Assembly: GCA_012520795.1 (NCBI GenBank)
Contig: JAAYNP010000006.1
Coordinates: forward strand, 4,673-68,672
Direction of reading: 5' to 3'
Length of the DNA stretch: 64,000 bases
From: Bacillota bacterium
GTDB taxonomy: Bacteria; Bacillota; Limnochordia; Darwinibacteriales; DTU012
Below are positions 38,536 to 47,185 of the stretch, one piece after another (within the stretch, counting starts at the first letter, position 1; every line of letters starts with the position of its first letter). The notes below the pieces were generated by a model that was not told the origin of the DNA, did no database searches, and saw only the letters and a program-made list of their open reading frames with translations. Made by a program: the position numbers and the translations under genes.

Positions 38536-39006
38536 TTATTCGAACTTAACCTCTACCTCGCTGATGATAGCGTCTATGCTGCCTGTGACAGTGATCTTCA
38601 AGGTATAGGTCTTTCCCTTTAGCTCCTGATTGTACTCCTCTTCGTCTGTATACTGGAGATCCGAAGGCAGTTCCAATGAAAATGTGTTAGGGACAGTAAT
38701 GCCGGGAATAATCAGGGTAGATGTATCCAGCTCATGTTCTTCATCCCAAACAGGATCTTCAGCTTCTTCTGGCTCAAACAATTCCAAGATGGCCTTGTCC
38801 AAAGTGAGGTTACCGATACCTTTGGTTGTAAAATTGACTGTAATTTCCTTTTCCTCTGTCAACTCGTCAAACGTGAAGGTTATCGGATCCGGTTCGACTG
38901 CAATTGTTAAACCAACTTTCAAGAACCCAAAACAACCTGACAGCATAACCACAACGACAGCTATCAACATTACTTTGCCGGCTGCAACAAATCTTTGCCT
39001 CCGCAT
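38536..39006 (-). CDS. lipoprotein, hypothetical
   Basis: Lipobox LSGC after a hydrophobic region. Acidic beta-rich mature domain. RBS aagggagg. Confidence 0.55.
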   Translation of the reverse strand: MRRQRFVAAGKVMLIAVVVVMLSGCFGFLKVGLTIAVEPDPITFTFDELTEEKEITVNFTTKGIGNLTLDKAILELFEPEEAEDPVWDEEHELDTSTLIIPGITVPNTFSLELPSDLQYTDEEEYNQELKGKTYTLKITVTGSIDAIISEVEVKFE

Positions 39007-39228
39007 GAGATGCGCCTCCCTTGATAGAATAACGAACCAGTTCAATTATAGAAATTCGCCACAAAATCCCGTTTTCCTGCAAATACGTTTGACATTGTGA
39101 TATTTTCACGGTATTTTATTGATATAGTCCGCCGGCAGGGGGACTGCGTGAGCGAGTTGCATTGTTGCCGGCGGTAATGGTAAAATAAATAGCAGTTTGA
39201 TTACGCAGCAGCGAGAGGATGAAAGTAC

Positions 39229-40899
39229 ATGAGTGAATATGGAGATTTGAACTTGAGGCCGGCTCACTTCATTGATAAAATCATCGCCGATGATGTAGCC
39301 GGCGGCCTTGAACAGGTGGTGACCCGGTTTCCGCCTGAGCCAAATGGGCTGCTGCATATCGGCAGCGCTTATGCCATAAATATAAGCTATTCCATGGCCA
39401 AGAAATACAGCGGCAGGTTTAACCTTCGTTTTGACGATACCAATCCAGTCAAGGAAGATATTTCCTATGTCAACGCAATTATCGAGGATATAGACTGGTT
39501 GGGTGTGAACTACGGCGGCACGCCTCTGTATGGATCCGACTACTTTGAACAGATGTATGAATATGCCGTGCATTTGATCAAGAAAGGTAAAGCCTATGTT
39601 TGTGATCTCAGCCAGGATGAGATCAGGGAGTACCGGGGCACCTTGACGGAGCCGGGCAGGGAAAGCCCTTACCGGAGCCGGCCCATTGAGGAAAACCTGA
39701 GGCTGTTTGAGCAGATGTGGGAGGGAAGGTTTGAGGAAGGAGCAAAAGTGCTCCGGGCCAAAATTGACATGGCCAGCCCCAATATCGTTCTGAGAGATCC
39801 CGTGCTGTACCGCATCATTTACAGCGAACACTACAGGACAGGGGACAAGTGGTGCATTTATCCTATGTATGACTATGCTCACCCCATTCAGGACTACATA
39901 GAAGGGATCACCCATTCACTCTGTTCCAACGAGTTTGTCAATAACCGTGCCCTCTATGACTGGGTCTTGGAGAATCTGGACCTGCCTGGACGCCTGCCCC
40001 AGCAGATTGAGTTCGGCAGGCTGAATATCAGCGGTGTGGTAACCAGCAAACGCTACTTGAAGCAGCTGGTTGACAGCGGCTATCTGGAGGGATGGGATGA
40101 TCCGCGCCTCCCTACCCTGCAGGGGCTGCGCCGCCGCGGTTACACCAGAGAAGCAATTTTTGCCTTTTTGAATGAAATTGGGGTTCCGAAGACCGAAACC
40201 ACAGTGGATGTAGAAATGCTCGAGCATTTTGTCCGCCAGGATCTGATGGAGAAAGCTGTATGCTTGATGGCAGTCTTGGATCCTGTTAAGGTGGTAATCA
40301 CCAATTTCGAACCCGGCCGGGTTGAGTACCTGGACGCCGACAACAACTACAAGACTACAGCTTTGGGTATACGCCGGGTGCCGCTGACACGGGAAATCTA
40401 TATCGAACGGGAAGATTTTATGGAAGATCCACCCAAGGGATACAACCGGCTGACCATCGGCCGCGAAGTAAGGCTCAAGCATGGCTATTTCCTCAAATGC
40501 AATGATGTGGTCAAAGATGAACAGGGCAATATTCTAGAGCTTCATTGTACCTATGATCCTGAAACCAAGAGCGGCTCCGGTTTTGCCGGGCGGAAAGTGA
40601 AGGGCACAATCCACTGGGTCAGCGCATCCCATGGCCTGAAATGCGCGGTCCGGCATTACGAGCCTTTGTTTTTGAACCCACCCGATGAGGAATCGCTGTT
40701 AGAGGCGATCAACCCCAATTCACGCCGGGACTTGACAGAATGCATAATCGAGAGTTCTATCCTGGATTTCATTGACCAAGGAATGACCCATTACCAATTT
40801 CTGCGCAACGGGTTCTATGTCCTGGACAATAAGCTGGGTTCGAAATCCGATTTGGTTTTTAACCGTATTGTACCGTTAAAGAGTTCTTTCCGGCTGTAG
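39229..40899 (+). CDS. glnS: glutamine--tRNA ligase
   Basis: Class I HIGS motif (PNGLLHIGSAY), VVTSKR (KMSKS-like), and a C-terminal anticodon-binding beta-barrel region. Confidence 0.85.
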   Translation: MSEYGDLNLRPAHFIDKIIADDVAGGLEQVVTRFPPEPNGLLHIGSAYAINISYSMAKKYSGRFNLRFDDTNPVKEDISYVNAIIEDIDWLGVNYGGTPLYGSDYFEQMYEYAVHLIKKGKAYVCDLSQDEIREYRGTLTEPGRESPYRSRPIEENLRLFEQMWEGRFEEGAKVLRAKIDMASPNIVLRDPVLYRIIYSEHYRTGDKWCIYPMYDYAHPIQDYIEGITHSLCSNEFVNNRALYDWVLENLDLPGRLPQQIEFGRLNISGVVTSKRYLKQLVDSGYLEGWDDPRLPTLQGLRRRGYTREAIFAFLNEIGVPKTETTVDVEMLEHFVRQDLMEKAVCLMAVLDPVKVVITNFEPGRVEYLDADNNYKTTALGIRRVPLTREIYIEREDFMEDPPKGYNRLTIGREVRLKHGYFLKCNDVVKDEQGNILELHCTYDPETKSGSGFAGRKVKGTIHWVSASHGLKCAVRHYEPLFLNPPDEESLLEAINPNSRRDLTECIIESSILDFIDQGMTHYQFLRNGFYVLDNKLGSKSDLVFNRIVPLKSSFRL

Positions 40900-40923
40900 C
40901 AAGAAAGCTGGATGCAATCAAGC

Positions 40924-40974
40924 AGGAAAAGTGCAGTTAAATAAAGGAGCTGCCCTTTTCCTGTTTCTTTTTTG
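40924..40974 (+). terminator. rho-independent terminator after glnS
   Basis: 14-bp stem caggaaaagtgcag / ctgcccttttcctg with one mismatch, followed by tttcttttttg. Confidence 0.65.
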
Positions 40975-41064
40975 CCGCTTTGGATTTCTGGATTACGGCA
41001 GGAGAAAGATGCCAAAACATGAATTATGATGATAGGGATGCTAGGATGAAAGGTGGAGATTTGA

Positions 41065-43653
41065 GTGTTTCAGTGGCCAAGAAGACAGTTGTCTGTTGTG
41101 ATTGCCGTACTTTTGTGCAGCCTATGGATGGGCACGGCTGTTTTTGGGCAGAATCTCAGCGTTGACCAGTGGGTAAACCTATTGGGTACTGAGAATCAAC
41201 AGGCGTTTGATTACTTTGTTGGCTTAGGGCCCGATGCCGTACCAATTTTGCAGCAGGCAATGGAGACCAAGTGGATGTTTCATGCTTACATACCGCAGCG
41301 CCACCAAGTGGTCAAGGTGATGGCGGCGATCGATGATCGGTCAACCCTACCTGTCCTGAAGATGGCCTTAACGTATGAATCGGCAATCCGGGAGACCGCA
41401 ATCGATGCAGTGCTGGCCATTCCCGGGCTTACCATAGGCGAATTGTTTGCTGAACTGCTTACGGAACAGGTTGACTATCAGACAGCTCAGCTGGAAATCC
41501 TATGCAAGCTCTATCATGACAGGCAGGATGTGGTGCCGGTGCTGGATGAAATGTTTGAGTTCTTGGCCTCATCCAGCCTCGATGCGGGCACTATCGACAA
41601 AGCGGCAGATTTGATTGCCCGTTTTGTCATTGATGACAAGGTTGTGACATCCACACCCCAACCGCTAACGCGGGAGATGATTCTCAAAGCATTAATGGAA
41701 CAACAGCAGGCCAAGGAAAAAGCAGAAGAGAAACCGGAGCCTGTCGATATCAACCCTGCGATTTTTGATTTCTTGACAGAACAATTGGACCATGCCGACA
41801 CAGGCAACCGAGTACTGGCTCTGCGGACCATTGGGCGGTTGGCTGATTTGGTGCGGGGACTGGATCTTAACCAAGAGATTGATCTGACAAGTTTCGTGCA
41901 GCATTTACTGCCCATTTTGGGTGTACCGGGTACGGACATGCGGTGCAGAATTCTTGCTGCAAAGGCTCTGGAACTGATCACCCCCCATGATCAGGTGGTA
42001 TTGGCGGCTTTTACGGAAGTGTTGCTGGCCCCGGGCTTGGATCAGGAGATTTATTGGGCGGCAGTTCGAGCCCTTGAAAATGCCGGAACAAGAGGAGCAG
42101 GATATCTGGGAGACATTTTGGATCAGATTTACACGATGGAGCCGGCCATGCGGTGGCGGTTGGCCGGTGCATATGCGCTCTGTGCCAATACTGATCCTAA
42201 GCTGATCGATAAGTTTGCAGCATTGATCAGCTCTGGTGACCCTGATCTGGCTTTGTATGCAGTCCGGGTTCTGACTGCGGTGGGGCCGCAGGCAGAACCA
42301 GTTGTGCCTGCGTTGTTGGATCAGCTGGCAAGCGAACCGGAACCCGAGTTTGAGCTGGCGGTCAAAGCGGCACTGCTCCGGATAGCGCCGGATCAAGACC
42401 AGGTTCGGCAATTTGCAGGGGAAATACCGGCCCAGTCGGCTCCTACCAAGGCGGTGGCCGCCTTTCCCGGTGCAGAAGGGAGAGGTATGCTGGCTTCCGG
42501 CGGCCGCGGCGGCGATGTTTATATAGTGACCAACATCAAAGATCGGGGAGCAGGATCCTTGCGGGAGGCTGTCAGCAAGCCTAACAGGACAGTTGTATTC
42601 GCTGTTTCAGGGACCATTGAACTCGAGTCTCAGTTGAGGACCGCAGCAAATATAACGATCGCCGGCCAGACAGCCACCGGTGACGGGATTACGGTAGGAG
42701 ATTATCCGACTTTGATCGGAGGGAGCAATTCGATTGTTCGGTACATTCGGTTCAGATTAGGTGACAGGCGGGGCTTGACCAGCTCCGATGCTTTGAACAT
42801 CGATCGAAACATCAGCAATGTAATACTTGACCACTGTTCTGTCAGCTGGGGTACAGATGAAGTGTTTTCCTCTTATGACAATTCCAATATAACAGTTCAG
42901 TACTGTTTGTTCGGCGAGGGGCTGAACTGGCTCAATCATTCTGCCGTAGGGTTGTGGGGGCCGCGGGCTACCTACCACCATAATCTGATCTATTCCAACA
43001 AAACCCGCCATCCCAAGCTGGCTTACCTCGGCGACATTGTCGACTTTAACAACAACGTGATCTATAACTGGAGAGAGCGAAACGTATATACCGGCTCCCA
43101 AGGCAGGATCAACTTCATCGGCAATTACTTCAGGCCAGGCCCTGAGACACAATCCCATCGGGGGACGCTGGTTCTGCCTGAAGGTGACGATGTGCGGATC
43201 TACATCACCGGCAATGTCATGGAGGGCAATCCCACAGTCACTGACGACAACTGGCGCGGAGTCACAGGCTCAGCCCGGAGAATGGATCAACCGTATGCAT
43301 CCTCGCCTATGACCATCCATTCTGCCGAAGAAGCGTTCCAGATCGTGCTGGAACATGCCGGTGCCAGTTTGCCCAGGCGTGATGCTGTTGACGCCCGGGT
43401 GATCAGTGATGTGATTAATGGAACCGGTAAAGTAATCTTGCGCCAGAGTGAAGTCGGCGGATACCCGATAATGAACTCGGTGTTGGCACCGGTTGACACT
43501 GACTGGGATGGGATGCCTGACATGTGGGAGATATACAACGGCCTGGATCCGTACGATCCTGAAGACCGGAATCTTGACCGGGATGATGACGGGTACACAA
43601 ACTTGGAGGAGTACTTGAACGCTATTGTAGCTGGTCATCCATTGGGGGAATAA
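41065..43653 (+). CDS. secreted multidomain protein: PBS-lyase HEAT-like repeats plus a PL1-type pectate lyase beta-helix plus C-terminal acidic Ca-binding-like repeats
   Basis: Signal peptide. HEAT repeats (RVLALRTIGRLADL, RCRILAAKALELI, WAAVRALENAG, ALYAVRVLTAVG). PL1 motifs GRGGDVYIVTNIKDRGAGSLREAV, NVILDHCSVSWGTDEV and TRHPKLAYLGDIVDFNNNVIYNW. C-terminal DTDWDGMPDMWE...DRDDDGYTNLEEY. Confidence 0.65.
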   Translation: MFQWPRRQLSVVIAVLLCSLWMGTAVFGQNLSVDQWVNLLGTENQQAFDYFVGLGPDAVPILQQAMETKWMFHAYIPQRHQVVKVMAAIDDRSTLPVLKMALTYESAIRETAIDAVLAIPGLTIGELFAELLTEQVDYQTAQLEILCKLYHDRQDVVPVLDEMFEFLASSSLDAGTIDKAADLIARFVIDDKVVTSTPQPLTREMILKALMEQQQAKEKAEEKPEPVDINPAIFDFLTEQLDHADTGNRVLALRTIGRLADLVRGLDLNQEIDLTSFVQHLLPILGVPGTDMRCRILAAKALELITPHDQVVLAAFTEVLLAPGLDQEIYWAAVRALENAGTRGAGYLGDILDQIYTMEPAMRWRLAGAYALCANTDPKLIDKFAALISSGDPDLALYAVRVLTAVGPQAEPVVPALLDQLASEPEPEFELAVKAALLRIAPDQDQVRQFAGEIPAQSAPTKAVAAFPGAEGRGMLASGGRGGDVYIVTNIKDRGAGSLREAVSKPNRTVVFAVSGTIELESQLRTAANITIAGQTATGDGITVGDYPTLIGGSNSIVRYIRFRLGDRRGLTSSDALNIDRNISNVILDHCSVSWGTDEVFSSYDNSNITVQYCLFGEGLNWLNHSAVGLWGPRATYHHNLIYSNKTRHPKLAYLGDIVDFNNNVIYNWRERNVYTGSQGRINFIGNYFRPGPETQSHRGTLVLPEGDDVRIYITGNVMEGNPTVTDDNWRGVTGSARRMDQPYASSPMTIHSAEEAFQIVLEHAGASLPRRDAVDARVISDVINGTGKVILRQSEVGGYPIMNSVLAPVDTDWDGMPDMWEIYNGLDPYDPEDRNLDRDDDGYTNLEEYLNAIVAGHPLGE

Positions 43654-43682
43654 TATGTTGGGGGGTAATTCAAGCCCTGAGA

Positions 43683-43708
43683 CTGAACTGGCGGATTCGC
43701 CAGTTCAG
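43683..43708. terminator. bidirectional rho-independent terminator between convergent genes
   Basis: Perfect 11-bp stem ctgaactggcg / cgccagttcag with loop gatt. Confidence 0.6.
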
Positions 43709-43709
43709 T

Positions 43710-44168
43710 TCACTTTACGGCGGCTTTTTCCAGTTCCAAAAGGAAGCGTTTGACAGTTAAGCCGTAGGCGAAGCCGCCCATGCCTTTTGCGGCCACAGCC
43801 CTGTGGCAGGGAATTACAATCAACAGTGGGTTGGCGCCGACGGCACTGCCTACAGCCCGGTAGCCTTTAGTCTCAAGCTGATCACCGATTTGCTTGTAGG
43901 TGGTTGTACACCCGTATGGGATTTTCTTCAGCACCTGCCAAACACGATTTTGGAAGGGAGTTCCGTCCAACCTCAGCGGCCAGGCAAATCGAACAGGCAC
44001 TCCGCCAAAGTAGCGATCGAAGTCTGCTGCAAATTCCCGAGGTAAGGCAGGGTATGCTTCGCGGCAATCACCCCCATTTGGTTTTGACAGCCAGATCTTG
44101 GTAAAGTACCCGCTCTTCATAGACAGCAAGATAGTCCCAATCGGTGAAGGGTATTGATATACTCCCAT
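43710..44168 (-). CDS. ogt: methylated-DNA--protein-cysteine methyltransferase
   Basis: PCHRAV active-site motif and a C-terminal HTH. RBS aaggag upstream of ATG 44168. Confidence 0.75.
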   Translation of the reverse strand: MGVYQYPSPIGTILLSMKSGYFTKIWLSKPNGGDCREAYPALPREFAADFDRYFGGVPVRFAWPLRLDGTPFQNRVWQVLKKIPYGCTTTYKQIGDQLETKGYRAVGSAVGANPLLIVIPCHRAVAAKGMGGFAYGLTVKRFLLELEKAAVK

Positions 44169-44236
44169 ACATACTCTCCTTACTGATACAGCGATGTTTC
44201 CTGCCGTATGCTGCCTGCTTTGCAGAAAGCTCTTTG

Positions 44237-45349
44237 TCAAGCCTGCTTGATGATGGCCGCAACCAGCTCCGCCGCCTTCGCCAAATCGGCAATCGCCACG
44301 GATTCGCGGGTACTGTGGGCGTCTTTGTAGTTCAAGCCCAAAACTACCGAGGGAAGGCTTTTGCTGTTGAGAATGCTGGCGTCGCTGCCCCCTCCGGTTC
44401 CCTTGATCTGCGGTGCAACCCCGATAGCTTCGCAGGCTTTGACTGCAAGCTGAATCACAGGATGCGATTCGGGAATTGTGAAAGCGGAATAGCAGTCAGT
44501 CATCTGCAGATCAAGCTTAGTACCAAATCTGGCGGCGCTGTTTCTGGCGGCGGTAATCATCTTTTCTGCCTGGGCTATCAGTTTGTCTGGGCTCAGGGAG
44601 CGGACTTCACATTTTACGGTACAAACCTCCGGTACAATGTTGGTGGCCACGCCGCCCTGGACCACCCCTACGTTGGATGTGGTTTCGTGATCAATTCGGC
44701 CAATATCCATGGACGCGATGGCTTCAGCCGCGATTTTGATTGCATTAATTCCCAACTCTGGACTGACACCGGCATGGGCTGCTTTGCCATAAAATGTAAA
44801 ATCAAGGTTTTGGTGGGAAGGAGCCCGGTTGATAATTGCGCCTACTTCATCATTGCTGTCCAGGAAATAGGCAAAATCTGCTTTCAGCTGTGACCGGTCC
44901 AGAGCCTTGGCGCCATACAGGCCTCCTTCTTCAGCAATGGTAAATACCAGTTCAAGGCTGCCGTGGGGGATCTCTGCTTCCTGCACTACCCGCACCGCTT
45001 CAAGGATGGCGGCAATGCCTGCCGCGTCATCCGCTCCGAGGATGGTTGAGCCGTCACTTTTGATAGTCCCGTCCTCAATAACCGGCTTAATCCCTTTGCC
45101 CGGTGCAACACGATCCATGTGAGCAGAGAACATGATGGTGGGTTTATCTGATTGGCCCGGCATTCTGGCGATGATGTTCCCGGCGTTTCCACCAATCGTT
45201 TTCCCAGCATCATCTTCCATTACGTTCAAGCCAAGCCTGGTGAGCTGCCTGCGCAGATAGTCAGCTACATCCCGTTCCTCGCCGGCAAAACTGTCGATCT
45301 GCACCAATGTTAAGAATTCGTCTACCAGTCTTTCTTGGTTAATCGGCAT
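44237..45349 (-). CDS. M20/M25/M40 family metallo-hydrolase (peptidase T-like)
   Basis: Motifs HMDRV, GADDAAGIAA and EEGGLYGA. RBS aggagg. Confidence 0.75.
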   Translation of the reverse strand: MPINQERLVDEFLTLVQIDSFAGEERDVADYLRRQLTRLGLNVMEDDAGKTIGGNAGNIIARMPGQSDKPTIMFSAHMDRVAPGKGIKPVIEDGTIKSDGSTILGADDAAGIAAILEAVRVVQEAEIPHGSLELVFTIAEEGGLYGAKALDRSQLKADFAYFLDSNDEVGAIINRAPSHQNLDFTFYGKAAHAGVSPELGINAIKIAAEAIASMDIGRIDHETTSNVGVVQGGVATNIVPEVCTVKCEVRSLSPDKLIAQAEKMITAARNSAARFGTKLDLQMTDCYSAFTIPESHPVIQLAVKACEAIGVAPQIKGTGGGSDASILNSKSLPSVVLGLNYKDAHSTRESVAIADLAKAAELVAAIIKQA

Positions 45350-45480
45350 TGAGTGATACCTCCTTTAAAATAACTATAGCTTTCTCTGTTGCAGGGCAAT
45401 GTCCTGCACGGCTTGGGGTTAAAAGGGTATTATTGCCATAACGGAGAAATGATAGTCTAGACTGGAACTCATTTCATGAT

Positions 45481-47151
45481 GTGAGGGTGACTAAAGTGGA
45501 TCGAACGATCAATGTTCAGCTTCACGGCGGCAGTATTACCATACCGAAGGGAACAACTCTGCTGGAGTTGGTCAAGATGCAGAATACAGCCGGAAAAGTT
45601 GTGGCTGCCCATGTAGACAACGTGCTTTGCAGTCTTGATTACCGGCTCGAGCGTAATTGCAGAGTGAGATTGCTGGATTTGATCACCGATGACGGGATGC
45701 GCGTTTACCGAAACAGTTTGGTTTTCATCATGGTACGGGCGGCAAAAGAAGTGCTGCCCGATTGCCGGGTTCATATCGAGCATGCCTTGAGCAACGGCCT
45801 CTACGGTGAAATCAGTGCTGAACAACCGCTGGTGGAGACCGATGTTGCCCGAATTGAACAGAGGATGATGGATATCATCCTTGCTGATGAGCCCTTTGTA
45901 AAGCATGTCTTGCCCAGAAACGAGGTCATTGCCATTTTTACCCGCCAGAATCTGCAGGACAAAGTTGAGCTTTACAGTCAGATGACGGATGAAGAAATCA
46001 TAGTCCACAGCTGCGGCGACTATTACGATACCCTGGCGGATGTGTTTGTACCTTCTACCGGCTGTTTGCTCCTCTTTAAACTTCGGTTCTATTTGCCGGG
46101 TTTTATTTTAGAGTTCCCCAAAATCAGCAATCCATCGGAGATTCCCGAATATGTGGAGCATGGAAAACTGGCCAATGTTTACTATGAGACAGAAAAATGG
46201 GGTAAAACGGTCAGTATCAGCAATGTGGCGGAACTAAACCAGGTTATAGACACGAATAGATATGGTGATCTGATTAGAATTTGTGAAGCGTACCACGAAA
46301 AACAGATAGCCAAGATTGCCGATCGCATCGCCACCGAGAGGGATCGCCTGCGGATTGTGTTAATAGCCGGACCTTCATCCTCGGGAAAAACCACTTTTGC
46401 CCAGCGGCTCTTGATTCAAATGCGGATCAACCATCTTAGTCCGGTGGTAATCGGTCTGGACGACTATTTTGTCGATCGGGACAAAACTCCAGTAGATGAA
46501 GATGGCAATTATGATTTCGAAGCCCTTGAGGCGATTGATACCAAGTTGTTCAACGAGCACTTGTCAAAACTGATCCAGGGTGAGCCCGTCAACGTCCCGT
46601 CCTATAATTTCCAGAAAGGGCGGCGGGAGTGGCACAACCGGGTTTTGCAGATTGGCCCGGAACAGCCGATTATAATTGAAGGGATCCATGGGTTGAACGA
46701 TAGGCTCACCGCAGCAATTCCCAAAGGCCGTAAGTTCAAGATTTATATCAGTGCAATCACTCAGATTAATATAGATGATCATACCAGAATTCCTACAACC
46801 GATGCCCGTTTGATCAGGCGCATTGTCCGTGATCATCAGTTCCGTGCTCACACTGCCTTGGACACCATCTATCGTTGGCCTTTGGTCCGCCGTGGCGAGG
46901 AAAAGCATATTTTCCCGTTCCAGGAAGATGCCGATGTGATGTTCAACTCCGCCATGGATTACGAATTGGCAGTGCTGAAGAAATATGCGGAACCTCTGTT
47001 GAAAGAAATACCAGGCGATGAACCGGCATTTGGAGTCGCTCAGCGGCTTTTGAAAATCCTAAGTTATTTCAAGGCTCTGCCCTCTGAAGAGGATATTCCC
47101 TGCAACTCAATTTTGATGGAATTCCTGGGAGGTTCCTGTTTTCAAGTCTAG
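45481..47151 (+). CDS. nucleoside (uridine-type) kinase fused to N-terminal ThrRS-like TGS and second-additional (SAD) domains
   Basis: N-terminal TGS-like segment. A SAD-like HxxxH...CGD region follows (HIEHALSNGLYGE ... VHSCGDYYD). P-loop IAGPSSSGKTTFAQRL of the uridine kinase/PRK family. Confidence 0.7.
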   Translation: MRVTKVDRTINVQLHGGSITIPKGTTLLELVKMQNTAGKVVAAHVDNVLCSLDYRLERNCRVRLLDLITDDGMRVYRNSLVFIMVRAAKEVLPDCRVHIEHALSNGLYGEISAEQPLVETDVARIEQRMMDIILADEPFVKHVLPRNEVIAIFTRQNLQDKVELYSQMTDEEIIVHSCGDYYDTLADVFVPSTGCLLLFKLRFYLPGFILEFPKISNPSEIPEYVEHGKLANVYYETEKWGKTVSISNVAELNQVIDTNRYGDLIRICEAYHEKQIAKIADRIATERDRLRIVLIAGPSSSGKTTFAQRLLIQMRINHLSPVVIGLDDYFVDRDKTPVDEDGNYDFEALEAIDTKLFNEHLSKLIQGEPVNVPSYNFQKGRREWHNRVLQIGPEQPIIIEGIHGLNDRLTAAIPKGRKFKIYISAITQINIDDHTRIPTTDARLIRRIVRDHQFRAHTALDTIYRWPLVRRGEEKHIFPFQEDADVMFNSAMDYELAVLKKYAEPLLKEIPGDEPAFGVAQRLLKILSYFKALPSEEDIPCNSILMEFLGGSCFQV

Positions 47152-47185
47152 GTGCCCCTAGTTTTGTTGAAGGAAGCGAAAATCA

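Noticed and set aside
39007-39228. T-box leader upstream of glnS
   Set aside because: There is no T-box consensus (AAUUAGGGUGGNACCGCG), and no specifier-loop or AG-bulge organisation is recognisable.
40835-40850. A tRNA-like T-loop word (GGTTCGAAATCC) suggesting a tRNA gene
   Set aside because: It lies inside the glnS coding frame, has an extra base relative to GTTCGAATC, and no acceptor or anticodon arms can be drawn.
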